A stretch of DNA of 50,887 nucleotides from Octopus sinensis. Taxonomy: Eukaryota. Below are positions 27,960-39,275 of the stretch, piece after piece (position 1 is the stretch's first letter; each line of letters begins with the position of its first letter). The notes under the pieces were generated by a model that made no database searches, was not told where the DNA came from, and worked only from the letters and a program-made list of their open reading frames with translations. Location of the stretch: assembly GCF_006345805.1 (NCBI RefSeq), contig NW_021834262.1, forward strand, positions 1-50,887, given 5' to 3'. A program made the translations under genes and the position numbers.

Positions 27960-28270
27960 GTGTGGAGGCGCAATGGCCCAGTGGTTGGGGGTGGACTCGC
28001 GGTCGTAGGATCGCGGTTTCGATTCCCAGACTGGGCGTTATGAGTGTTTATTGAGCAAAAACACCTAAAGCTCCACGAGGCTCCGCCAGTGGGAGGTGGC
28101 GACCCCTGCTGTACTCTTTCGCCACAACTTTCTCTTATTCTTTCTTCTGTTGGCCTTCTCGCTTAGCCAGCGGGGTGGCGTCAATTGAAGGCTAAAACAA
28201 TGCAAAGCGCATTGTGACCAGCGATGTGTAGCAACATCTGATAGCCTGGTCGGTCACGGTGATCACGGTG
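27960..28270 (+). mobile_element. SINE with family C tRNA head and a different 3' half
   Basis: TGTGGAGGCGCAATGGCCCAGTGG head shared with 38670; diverges after about 28140. Confidence 0.7.
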
Positions 28271-28320
28271 ATATATATATATATATATACTCAAAATAAG
28301 CAACAGGATATCAAGAAGCG

Positions 28321-28408
28321 ATGCAGTACGACGGTTTCAAGTTGCTCCATTTAATTGAACAATGCCTTCATTACATCACTGTAAATGCAGGGCTATCATC
28401 AGCTGCAC
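28321..28408 (-). ncRNA. Candidate type I hammerhead ribozyme (PLE-associated)
   Basis: Minus strand: GTGCAG-CTGATGA-57 nt-GAAA-CCGTCG-TA-CTGCAT; stem I complementary, core intact, GUA triplet. Confidence 0.55.
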
Positions 28409-28881
28409 AAATAAATAGAATTTTAATCTGTCGGACACATTAAGATAATATTACTCAAATACTTTAACAGAGGAAGAAGATGGAAGAAATCCATGTTGTC
28501 GCTATTGTAGCTAAGAATATACTACACTTCTAAGAAAGGCCTGAAGCTTACTGGGGTCATAGCTTGTAAAGGATTTCTAATTTATTTGTCTTCTTAACAA
28601 CAACTAAATCTAAGACTAGAGGACTGTGTCTGCTTGGGATGAACGGTAAGAATGAGTTGACAGTTAATGGCTAGGTATGGTCATAGATATTGTCAAGATA
28701 TTAGGAGTAGTAAATTGGGTATAAAGTAACTGTCTATAAAGGAGGTTGGGCAGAGGAAGACCCTAAATCATGATGTTAATTACCAGTTAAAGGGGCAAGG
28801 TGCTAATAAAACCTATGATGTTAATACAGAGGAAATTTTATGGGTTACTATGGGTGATTGTTTATAAGCAATATTGTTATG

Positions 28882-28910
<29 letters not shown>

Positions 28911-28919
<9 letters not shown>

Positions 28920-30236
28920 AATAGTAAAAAGTGAAAAAACTACAGAAGGCTTAAAGGTTAAAAAATATATATATTTGCGTCAATATGTCTGTAAAAGTTT
29001 ACACACACCACAAACAAAAACAACCATAGATTCCCACACACACACAACGATCGGGGGCAACAATACCACCATTCCCCCGACCCAATATCACACAACCTCA
29101 CAGACAACTCATACAAACAAAATTACACCCAACATTTTTTAGCCAGGGACCAGAGACACCAGGACACAGGCTGGAACCTAGTAATAAGGAAAAACCGAAG
29201 ATAATCAATCTTTCAACCAAACCTCTTTCTAACATAAAAATTGACATTCCTCTCAAAAGGGCTCAAATTTACACCAACTCCACGCAGAGCCAACCTAAAT
29301 GAAATCAAGGATAATATAACAGAATTTTGCAGAAAATTAAGACTAGCAGAAGCATCAACCAGTTTCAATACTGAAGATGAATCACTAGTCAAGAACAAAA
29401 GTGAACACATCCCACACAGAGGAAGAAATAAAGATCTTGATGAATTCTGTAACCACACTGAGAACTTTCCCTACCATACTATACATAAACAGAAAGTTAA
29501 CTCAAATTTTAACACTACACAATGGAAGGAACTGATAGAACTTCAAAATGATGAGGATATAACCATTAAGGAAGCAGACAAGGGAAATGCAGTTGTAATA
29601 ATGGATACATCATACTATAGAAATTTTGTAATTTCCTTGCTTGATGACGACCTACATTATGAAAAAATTTCCAACTACACCCCCCAAAAAATAATGAAAA
29701 CTCTATCTTCACTAATTAAAACCCATGAAAAGGAACTAACAACCAAAGAGATTGACTTTCTAACAAACTTTAAATGCAAACCTAGCCTTTTCTATGGTCT
29801 GCCAAAAATTCATAAAAGCCAAATTATAAATGAAACCATTAAAAAATCACCAAATACATACATACACACACCTAACCCGGGGGACCTAAAACTACGATCC
29901 ATTGTAGCTGGCCCAACCTGTGAAACACACAGACTAAGTCTATTTATGGACATCCTCCTGAAACCCTTCCTTAAACATATCGATAGCCATATCAGAGATG
30001 ACTTAGATATGTTAAATCACCTTCCAAAAAAAGCCAAGGAAGAAACAATCCTGGTTTCATTTGATGTAGTTAACTTATATACCAGTACGCGAAACCGGTC
30101 TTTCTTCTAAATTGTCATTGTATGGAAAAAAAAAAAAAATTTTTTTAATATTCTTCAGACATATTGACGCAAATATATATATTTTTTAACCTTTAAGCCT
30201 TCTGTAGTTTTTTCACTTTTTACTATTTTCTATATA
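28911..30236. repeat. 81-bp perfect inverted repeat (28911-28991 / 30156-30236) flanking the PLE RT fragment
   Basis: Compared base by base as reverse complements, including homopolymer lengths. Confidence 0.93.
29190..30087 (+). pseudogene. Penelope-like element reverse transcriptase, N-terminal part
   Basis: ORF 29241-30110: SKGLKFTPTP, IKEADKGNAVVIMD, FYGLPKIHK, LRSIVAGP, LVSFDVVNLYTS; homology stops before the YxDD motif. Confidence 0.92.
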
Positions 30237-30290
30237 TTCAACCACGTGCTTTCACAAACCAACTTTCTTATATAAATATATAATATATAT

Positions 30291-30339
<49 letters not shown>

Positions 30340-30382
30340 TATATATATAATATATATATATATCTATATATATATATATGAG

Positions 30383-30524
30383 ATCATTCAAAAGAAAGTA
30401 AGAAAATGTAGATATAGCATTTAGTAAAAATTTTCTGAAAATTATTATCTATATTTGATCTATGCAGATCCTAATTTTTTTATTAGATGCTATATCTCCA
30501 TTTTCTTACTTTCTTTTGAATGAT
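30383..30524. repeat. Foldback with ~41-bp arms (MITE-like)
   Basis: ATCATTCAAAAGAAAGTAAGAAAATGTAGATATAGCATTTA versus the reverse complement of 30484-30524, 2 mismatches. Confidence 0.85.
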
Positions 30525-30638
30525 TATAAACCTTGATTTATATATAAACTTATTGTTTTATGAATATTATTAATCACAATGGATGATACTATCCTTTAAT
30601 GAGGCTAATTTAACCTCTAATGGAATTTATATATATAT

Positions 30639-30687
<49 letters not shown>

Positions 30688-31619
30688 TATATATATGTAA
30701 ATAGGTAATTACCATCATTGCCATCTCATCAACAATCACTTCTTCCCCATTACCTCCTTCACAATACCAGAAAACACCATCCATTGGGAACCTCTGCGCG
30801 TTCCCCGATTCGCAAGATATAACAGGTACACCTCAAATAATACCCTTAGTCTAAAAAGAACACATGGAATAATGTAGAGCTCATAACTTCTATAAAATGA
30901 TGGGCTGGTCCTAAATGGATTGCCTTAAATCATAGGTGTATATCCTACGCCAAGCATCAACAAGAGGAACAATACCAACGTCACCTCCAGCTTCACCAAA
31001 ACCAACATCACCATCTCTAACACCAACCACTCCTCTATTACTCTCTCTCCATCGACCACACCACCACCAACACCATCACCTCCGCTCGTCAGCCTCCCAC
31101 CTCCAGACAACTACTACAAGAATAACCAGCACCTCTACCAAAATACTCTACCGCCACAAACCATCAATGTCATGTCTACAGTCAGCAACTCCACCACCAT
31201 CAACACCACCCCAGCACCGACAACCACTTACCACCAACACATCTCCGCCACCACCATCACTTCTGCCCACCATGCCCCACCACCACCAACACATCTCCGC
31301 CACCTCCAACCACCACCACCACCACCACCACCACCTTGTTTTCACTATGATGTTTCGTTATTATAATTGCCAAAGTGAGTAATGAGAAAAGCTATGTCTG
31401 TTTCCAATACTAAACCCCTTTTTTTTTTGCTTTGTAAAACTGTAAGGTTTAGGTGGGTGTTAGTGGTAAAACGGGTTTAAGTGTATTTCGGGGTCCTTCA
31501 GCCGATATCGCCAAAATCTTCCCTCAACACACACCACATCACACCATTCCAGCCCTTTACTTTTGTATGGTAGTTGCAATGGTTGTCGTCGTGTTAGTGG
31601 TGTTTGTAGTAGCAGAAGT

Positions 31620-31948
31620 GATGGCGCGTGGCTTTAGTGGTTAAAGGTATTCAGCTCACGATCGTAATCTCGTGAGTTCGATTCCTGATGGTGCGTTGTG
31701 TCCTTGGGCAAGACACTTTATTTCACGTTGCTCCAGTCCACTCGACTGGTAGATATGAATTGTATTTGTAATTCAAATGGCCAGCTTTGTCACATTCTGT
31801 GTCACCTTGAATTTCCCTGAGAACTACGTTATGGGTCAGCGTGTCTGTAGAGGGTCCACCCACTTGCACATTAATTTCACAAGCAGGCTGTTCCGTTGAT
31901 CGGATCAACTAGAACGCTCATCGTCGTAACCGACGGAGTGCCAGTCTA
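31620..31948 (+). mobile_element. Composite SINE: distinct tRNA head, CORE-like centre, family C-like 3' domain
   Basis: GGCGCGTGGCTT..GTGGTTA head, GTGTCCTTGGGCAAGACAC centre, CCTGAGAACTACGTTA...GTAACCGACGGAGTGCC tail. Confidence 0.7.
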
Positions 31949-33579
31949 AGAAGTGATGGGTTGGTAGTACTGGTACTGAGGGTATTGGTGGAAGTAGAAA
32001 TGGCGATATAGTGTTGTGGCGATAGTATTGGCAGTAGTAGATGTGAATGTGAGGTTGTAGTAAAGTAGTAGTTGTGGTGGCAGTGGCAGTAGAAGTGATG
32101 ATGTGATGGTAGTAGTAGTGGTGGTAGTGTTGGTTGTGGTTGTGGTTGTTGTTTAAGCTCCAGAACAGCTCTGACCAATGATATTTTAAGCTGGGATCAA
32201 CCTGTATTTTCTTATGTGCAGAGAACCCAAAATAACATTATACAATAGGAGAGCAAGTAATGCCTCCAATCAAGTTTAGATCTAAATAACTTCTTTTATT
32301 TTAAGAGCAAAATATATTTATCTTAGCTTCAATGATAGAAGAAAGCATGAGGAATTTCATAGTTTTGGTCCCATGCAACAAAAATTTGTATCAAAAAAGT
32401 TGTGAGGTAAAATATCATGAAAAAATATAAGGCAAAAAATTGGATTTAAGTATAATTAACTTTTTTATTTTAAGAAACAAACTATATTTTAATTAAGCTT
32501 AATTGATAGACCTCAATTCGAGGAATTTCGTGGTATCAATTTCACGCAATGAAGTTTTAAAAGAAAAAAATTATGAGTGTTTGTTTCTCAAATTTAAGGG
32601 TGATAAAAAAGTTCTATACTTTTCTATGAATATAGTTCTATAAGGAGACTTTTAATATGTCACAGGTATCATTGAGGTAAGGAAAAAATTATCAACGACA
32701 CTGCTAATTTGCCATTAGTTTAATTACGTCAGCTTAAATGATAGACAATTTTCAAAAGGTAAAATCTTAAATTATTGAGACGTTTTTAGCATAATAGCAT
32801 AGCTGTATAAAATATGGGTTACGTGGAAAAATGCGAGCAAGAGAAATAATGTTCTTAAGATTATAAAGCTGGAAAATCACAGGACAAGTTATTACACTTG
32901 GAAAAGTTCAGGACAAGTTATTACATCTGGTAAAGTACAGAACAATAAAATTTTTACTTGAAATATTGCATCTTAGGATAAAATTTGAATATCAAAAATT
33001 GTTTGATTTTAACTTATAAAGGAACATTATAATTAAAAAGGATACCACCATTTTGGTAAAATATTGACACACTAGAATACTTTTAAAATGAGAGCCAGAA
33101 GTACCAATATAGCTAAAGTTTTATGCAAAGTAGAATAGTATATATGGTAGGCAAATTCATTAAGTAAAAAATAGGTATTGGGTCAAGACTAAAAATGTGT
33201 AGACTTGGCAATAACTTAGGCAATAACTCAAGCAAATTTTACTGTGAATTTTTTGTTATAGGTAGATTTTACTGTAATATATAACTAATTTTTGTATTAT
33301 TTCATTTATTGTACTATGTACTATAATTATCTTTTATAATCTATTTTCAAATTTCTAATTATTAATTAACAATTAAAAACTAAATTTTTTCAAGTGCAAA
33401 AAATGGTTTAATTGAGAGTTATTTTTTTTATTTTAATAGAAGTAACAAGTAATAACAAATAGAAGTAATAACTTGTAATAAAATTTTTAGTTTTAATAAA
33501 AGCTAATATTTTCTAAATCTAAATATTTTATTTGAAATTTTATCCTTAGCTGCAATGATTTAAGTATAAATTTTATTGT

Positions 33580-34930
33580 TTTGTATGTATGTATGTATGT
33601 ATGTGTGTATGTGTGCATGTGTGTATGTATGTATATGTATGTATGTATGTATGTATGTGGTGTGTATGTATGTATGTATGTATGTATGTATGTGTGTATG
33701 TATGTATGTATGTATGTATGTATGTATGTATGTATGTATGTATGTGTGTATGTGTGTATGTATGCATGTATGAGTGTATGTGTGCATGTATGTATGTATG
33801 TATGTATTTATGTATGTATGTATGTATGTATGTATGTATGTATGTATGTATGTGTGTATGTGTGCATGTATGTATGTATGTATGTATGTATGTATGTATG
33901 TATGTATGTGTGTATGTATGTATGTATGTATGTATGTGTGTATGTATGTATGAGTGTATGTGTGCATGTATGTATGTATGTATGTATGTATGTTGTATGT
34001 ATGTAGTATGTATGTATGTGAGTATGTATGTATGTATGTATGTGTGTATGTATGTATGTAGTATGTATGTATGTATGTATGTAGTATGTATGTGTGCATG
34101 TATGTATGTATGTATGTATGTAGTATGTGTGTATGTGTGTATGTATGTATGGTGTGTATGTGTGCATGTATGTATGTATGTATGTATGGATGTATGTATG
34201 TATGTATGTATGTATGGTATGTATGTGTGTGTATGTGTGCATGTATGATGTATGTATGTAGGTATGTATGTATGTTGTATGTATGTGTGTATGTATGTAT
34301 GTATGTATGTTATGTATGTATGTGTGTATGTATGTATGTATGTGTGTATGTGTGCAGTATGTATGTATGTATGTATATATGTATGTATGTATGTTGTATG
34401 TGTGTATGTAGTATGTATGTATGTGTGTATGTATGTATGTTATGTATGGTGTATGTATGTATGTATGTATGTATGTGGTATGTATGTATGTATTGTATGT
34501 ATGTATGTGTTGTATGTGTGCATGTATGTATGTATGTATGTATGTATGTGTGTATGTATGTATGTATGTATGTGTGCATGTATGTATGTATGTATGTATG
34601 TATGTGTGTATGTGTGCATGTATGTATGTATGATGTATATATGTATGTATGTATGTGTGTTATGTGTGCATGTATGTATGTATGTATGTGTGTATGTGTG
34701 CATGTATGTATGTATGTATGTATGTATGTATGTATGTGTGTATGTGTGCATGTATGTATGTATGTGTGTATGTGTGCATGTATGTATGTATGTATGTATG
34801 TATGTATGTATGTATGTGTGTATGTGTGCATGTATGTATGTATGTATGTATGTATGCATATGTGTATATATGGATGTATGTATGTATGTGTGTATGTATG
34901 TATGTATGTATGTATGTATGTATGTGAGTA
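33580..34930. repeat. (TATG)n microsatellite, ~1.35 kb
   Basis: Direct reading. Confidence 0.97.
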
Positions 34931-35349
34931 TTCTACATATTCATGTGTTTATGTGTTCATGTTTGTTTGTATGTGTGTGTGTGTACCTCTGTCTCATTGT
35001 GTGTGAATGTTTGAGTGTGCTTATGTGCATGGCTTTGTGTAACTATGCACGTGCGTCTGTTATGAATGGATGTGTGTCTCCATATGTGTCCCTGTGTGTG
35101 TGAAGTGTGCGTGTGTGTATATGGTCATGTGTTTCAGTCTTCATTTGTGTATGTGTGTATGTGTGTATGTGTGTGTGTGTGTTGTGTGTGCTTGTCTGTC
35201 CATATTACCTATGTGCCTATCTATCTATTTATCTATCTGTTTACTTACATATCCAATTACCTACACACACACACACACACACGCATATATACGTCTACAT
35301 AACTGTCTACTAACAAATCTACTTATGTAAGTATAAACTGTGGGTATCG

Positions 35350-35639
35350 GGGTATCACTACCTTCTGCGTTTATTTCCTATTTAATACTAGGGATGTTTC
35401 ATTTATGAGGATGTACTCCAGCGTTTGTCAGGGTGTTGTGTCCTTCAGGTGTTTAGATAAAATGCGGATGTCAAGTTGACCCAGTGCGCCTTCATGTTGG
35501 TCTTTGGTAAGTTGGTAGAGTACGGAGGACTGTCTTTTGTCGTAATATTGTCTCAAATTGGCATTTAGTCTCACCGCAATGCTTCTAGATGTTTCCCCTA
35601 TGTATATCATGTTCTTGCCTTTACAAGCACCCTCTATGC

Positions 35640-35642
<3 letters not shown>
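35350..35642 (-). pseudogene. Penelope-like GIY-YIG endonuclease fragment
   Basis: [26 protein letters not shown]...SSVLYQ...LDIRILSKH; homologous to 48962-49200. Confidence 0.8.
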
Positions 35643-35707
<65 letters not shown>

Positions 35708-35806
35708 CATGCATACACATACATATATACATACATACATACATACATACATGCATACATACATAAATACATACATACATACATACATACATACATAATA
35801 CATACA

Positions 35807-35876
<70 letters not shown>

Positions 35877-36087
35877 GTGTGTGTGTGTGTGTGTGTGTGT
35901 GTGACCTCATCTGTATCACTAGCGATTTTTTTCCCTTGTCTTCCCTTCTCGGGATCTTTCCTTCTCCTATGTTTCCGACGAAGAGCGTCCAATAATACTT
36001 TATTTGTTCCACGTCCTTGCGTTGTTGTTTTTTTGTTTTTGTTTTCTTGTTTGGATTAACTTTATATATAATATATGTATACAAATA

Positions 36088-36814
36088 CATTGGATGCGAT
36101 GGGTAAATTTTATATTCTTAATTTCGCGCATGTGCATTGTTTGCTTTTGATTTTGTCGACCACACTGTATAGTAGGGCCAGTTGGGCACCGTCTGTGAGA
36201 GAAACAGTACAATGACGCAATTCACTCTGCCAGAAATTTGAAAACGATACGCTGTCCTGCTTGCTATTCGCGCCGGAAGCTCCAATACGAACAGATAACG
36301 AACACAGAACAACCGTTGACTTGTCATGTCCCTAAAAACATGTACCGAGAGTGATAAAATTCAAAAATCCAGTCAACATCATGGTGTTTGGAGTGATCAC
36401 TAGCGATGGTGACATTATGCCTCCATTCATCTTCCCACGCGGCCTCAGACTCAACAGCGATGCCTGCATCAAGTGCCTGGAAGAGGTAGTGCTGCCCTAG
36501 GTCAAGAGAGTGGTTGTTGGGAGACCCTATGTCTGACAGTAGGACTCTGCACCATGCCACTCAAGCAGGAGAACCCAGTCATGGCTGTCAGACAATTTCT
36601 GCAACCACATCATCCCTAACATCTGGCCACCTAACTCCCCAGACTGCAACCCCTTGATTATTAAGTGTGGGGCGGAGTTGAGTGAGAGACCAACAAAAAT
36701 TCTGGTTACACCAAAGATGAACTGAAGGCAAGGATTATGGCAGCATTCACCAACTTAAAGAAGGAGACCGTCTAGAAGAGTTGCAGGAGATTCCGAAGTC
36801 GTCTGGAGGCCGTG
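36088..36814 (+). pseudogene. Tc1/mariner superfamily transposase (maT/DD37D-like), internally deleted
   Basis: ATG at 36212 (MTQFTLPEI*KRYAVLL), then IMVFGVITSDG, Q*DSAPCH and WPPNSPDCNP(L)D with stops and a 1-nt deletion; 37 residues between the last two Asp after correcting the frameshift. Confidence 0.85.
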
Positions 36815-37049
36815 TGTGTGAGTTTTTGTGTCTGTGTTTGTCCCCCCACCACCACCACCGCTGAAAACCAGTGTTGGTGTGTTTACGGCCCCCATAACTT
36901 AGCAGTTCGACAAAAGAGACCGACAGAATAAGTAACAGACTTAAAAAAATAAGTCCTGGGATCGATCGTTTTGACTAAAATCTTTCAAGGCGGTGCCCCG
37001 CATGACTGCAGTCAAATGACAGAAACAAGTAAAAAGATAAAAGATAAAC

Positions 37050-37690
37050 GAGAAGGGAGCAAGCTGATAGAATGGTTAGCGCGTCGAACAAAATGCTTAT
37101 CGGTATTTCTTCTAGCTCTTTACAGTCTGAGCTCAAATACCGCCGAGTTCAACGTTGCCTTTCATCCTTTCAGGATTGATGAAAGAAAGAACCAGTCAAA
37201 TACAAGAGTCAATATAATCGACTACCCTTTCCTCAATTACTGTCCTTGTGTCAAAGTTTGAAGCAATTATGACGAGCTGGCAAAGCATTATCGCTCCGAA
37301 CAAAATTCTTAACGTCATTTCTTCCGGCTCTTTAAGTTCTGAGTTCAATTACTTTGCCTTTTATCTTTTACGAAGTCGATGAAAGAAGTACCAGTTGAAT
37401 ATTATTGGTTAGCCTTATAGCCAGAAATTTTCAGGCATTGAGCATATAGTAGAAGGATTATCATTTATATAAAGCCTGGGGATTTGGCAGAATCGTCAGA
37501 GCGTCGGTAAGAATGCGCTTAGCGAAATTAGTTCCACTTTTTTAATTTCCGAATTCAAATCTTGCCGAGGTCAGCTTTACCTTTCCTCTATCCGAGGTCA
37601 ATAAAATAGCGTATAAGTCAAGAGTCGTGTCGATGGCGTCAACTAACCACCTTCCCCTCAAAACTTCTGGCCTTGTACCTAAATCAGAAA
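37050..37690 (+). mobile_element. Three degenerate family B-like SINEs in tandem
   Basis: Repeated GAATGGTTAGCGCG / GAGTTCAA / CCTTTCATCC / AAGTACCAG-like blocks. Confidence 0.55.
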
Positions 37691-37726
37691 CAATGATTAT
37701 TTAGTAGTAGTCGTAGTAATAGTAGT

Positions 37727-38116
37727 GGAATGGAAGCACTCCGTCGGTTACGACGACGAGGGTTCCGGTTGATCCGATCAACGGAACAGCCTGCTCGTGA
37801 AATTAACGTGTAAGTGGTTGAGCACTCCACAGACACGTGTACCCTTAACGTAGTTCTCGGGGATATTCAGCGTGACACAGAGAGTGACAAGGCCGGCCCT
37901 TTGAAATACAGGTACAACAGAAACAGGAAGTAAGAGTGAGAGAAAGATGTGGTGAAAGAGTACAGCAGGGATCACCACCATCCCCTACCGGAGCCTCGTG
38001 GAGTTTTTAGGTGTTTTCGCTCAATAAACACTCACAACGCCCGGTCTGGGAATCGAAACCGCGATCCTATGACCGCGAGTCCGCTGCCCTAACCACTGGG
38101 CCATTGCGCCTCCACA
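37727..38116 (-). mobile_element. SINE family C, full length, TSD (A)GTAATAGTAGT
   Basis: Direct repeat at 37715-37726 and 38116-38127; reverse complement of 38670-39056. Confidence 0.9.
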
Positions 38117-38669
38117 GTAATAGTAGTACATGGTGATGGAACAGAGAGCTTATTATTGATGTTGGTGTCGTTGTTGTTGTTGATGTTGTTGATGATGATG
38201 ATGAAATTATTTCCTGCTACCTCTTGTTCAGCTGTTCCATATAGTCATGGAATTAAATGAAATATTATTGATCTCTATTGACAAGCTGAAGAAGCAATTG
38301 GGGAGGTTGGGTGGGGTCGGAGTAAATTGTATTGTATCGACATCAAACTGGCCCGTACTTTATTGCCGTCTGAAAGCATGTAAAAAAAAAACCCAAACTA
38401 CTGTAGGATTTGAACGCGGAACAATAAGGTGACCAACGAGTTTTAGTTAAAACCTAGCAATTGCCTTAATTTTATAAACAAAACACTCAAGACCCGAGGG
38501 GACAGGCTTCCATACGGTTCTCGTCTACTGTTTCATTGAAAGAAAAGTATGGATGAATTTAAGGATTATAGAATACATATTATTAACCCAAGGCAACACC
38601 CAGGGGTATCGAACACCTGATAATGAAGCGATTTTAATCATTCAATCATTCTACGTTTACTTTATCAAT

Positions 38670-39056
38670 TGTGGAGGCGCAATGGCCCAGTGGTTAGGGT
38701 AGCGGACTCGCGGTCATAGGATCGCGATTTCGATTCCCAGACCGGGCGTTGTGAGTGTTTATTGAGCGAAAACACCAAAAAGCTGCACGAGGCTCCGGCA
38801 GGGGATGGTGGTGATCCCTGCTGTACTCTTTCACCACAACTTTCTCTCACTCTTACTTCCTGTTTCTGTTGTACCTGTATTTCAAGTGTCCGGCCTTGTC
38901 ACTCTCTGTGTCACGCTGAATATCCCCGAGAACTACGTTAAGGGTGCACGTGTCTGTGGAGTGCTCAGCCACTTACATGTTAATTTCACGAGCAGGCTGT
39001 TCCGTTCATCGGATCAACCGGAACCCTCGTCGTCGTAACCGACGGACTGCTTCAAC
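38670..39056 (+). mobile_element. SINE family C, full length, TSD ACTTTATCAATT
   Basis: TSD at 38659-38670 and 39057-39068; tRNA-like head. Confidence 0.9.
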
Positions 39057-39275
39057 ACTTTATCAATTACAACCTGTATACAAAGAACAATAACTATAGT
39101 TACAACGTTCCTTCCACGGCAGAAGGCATTACTGTAACAGTGTGGAAGTTAAGCTTCAACCTGAACATTTCATATATTTATTTTTTAGATAAACATCTGA
39201 GCTAAGAAGGTATACCTTTAGATAATAGGTAAACCTGTTTGAAATAGCAGCCAACTTTTACTTACTACCATTCGC

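Noticed and set aside
30936-31382. 148-aa Thr/Pro/His-rich ORF
   Set aside because: Derived from (CAC)n-like low-complexity sequence.
38670-38745. tRNA gene calls for SINE heads (also 8850, 13520, 31620)
   Set aside because: The tRNA-like heads continue into SINE bodies, occur in many copies and some have TSDs; no complete cloverleaf is evident.
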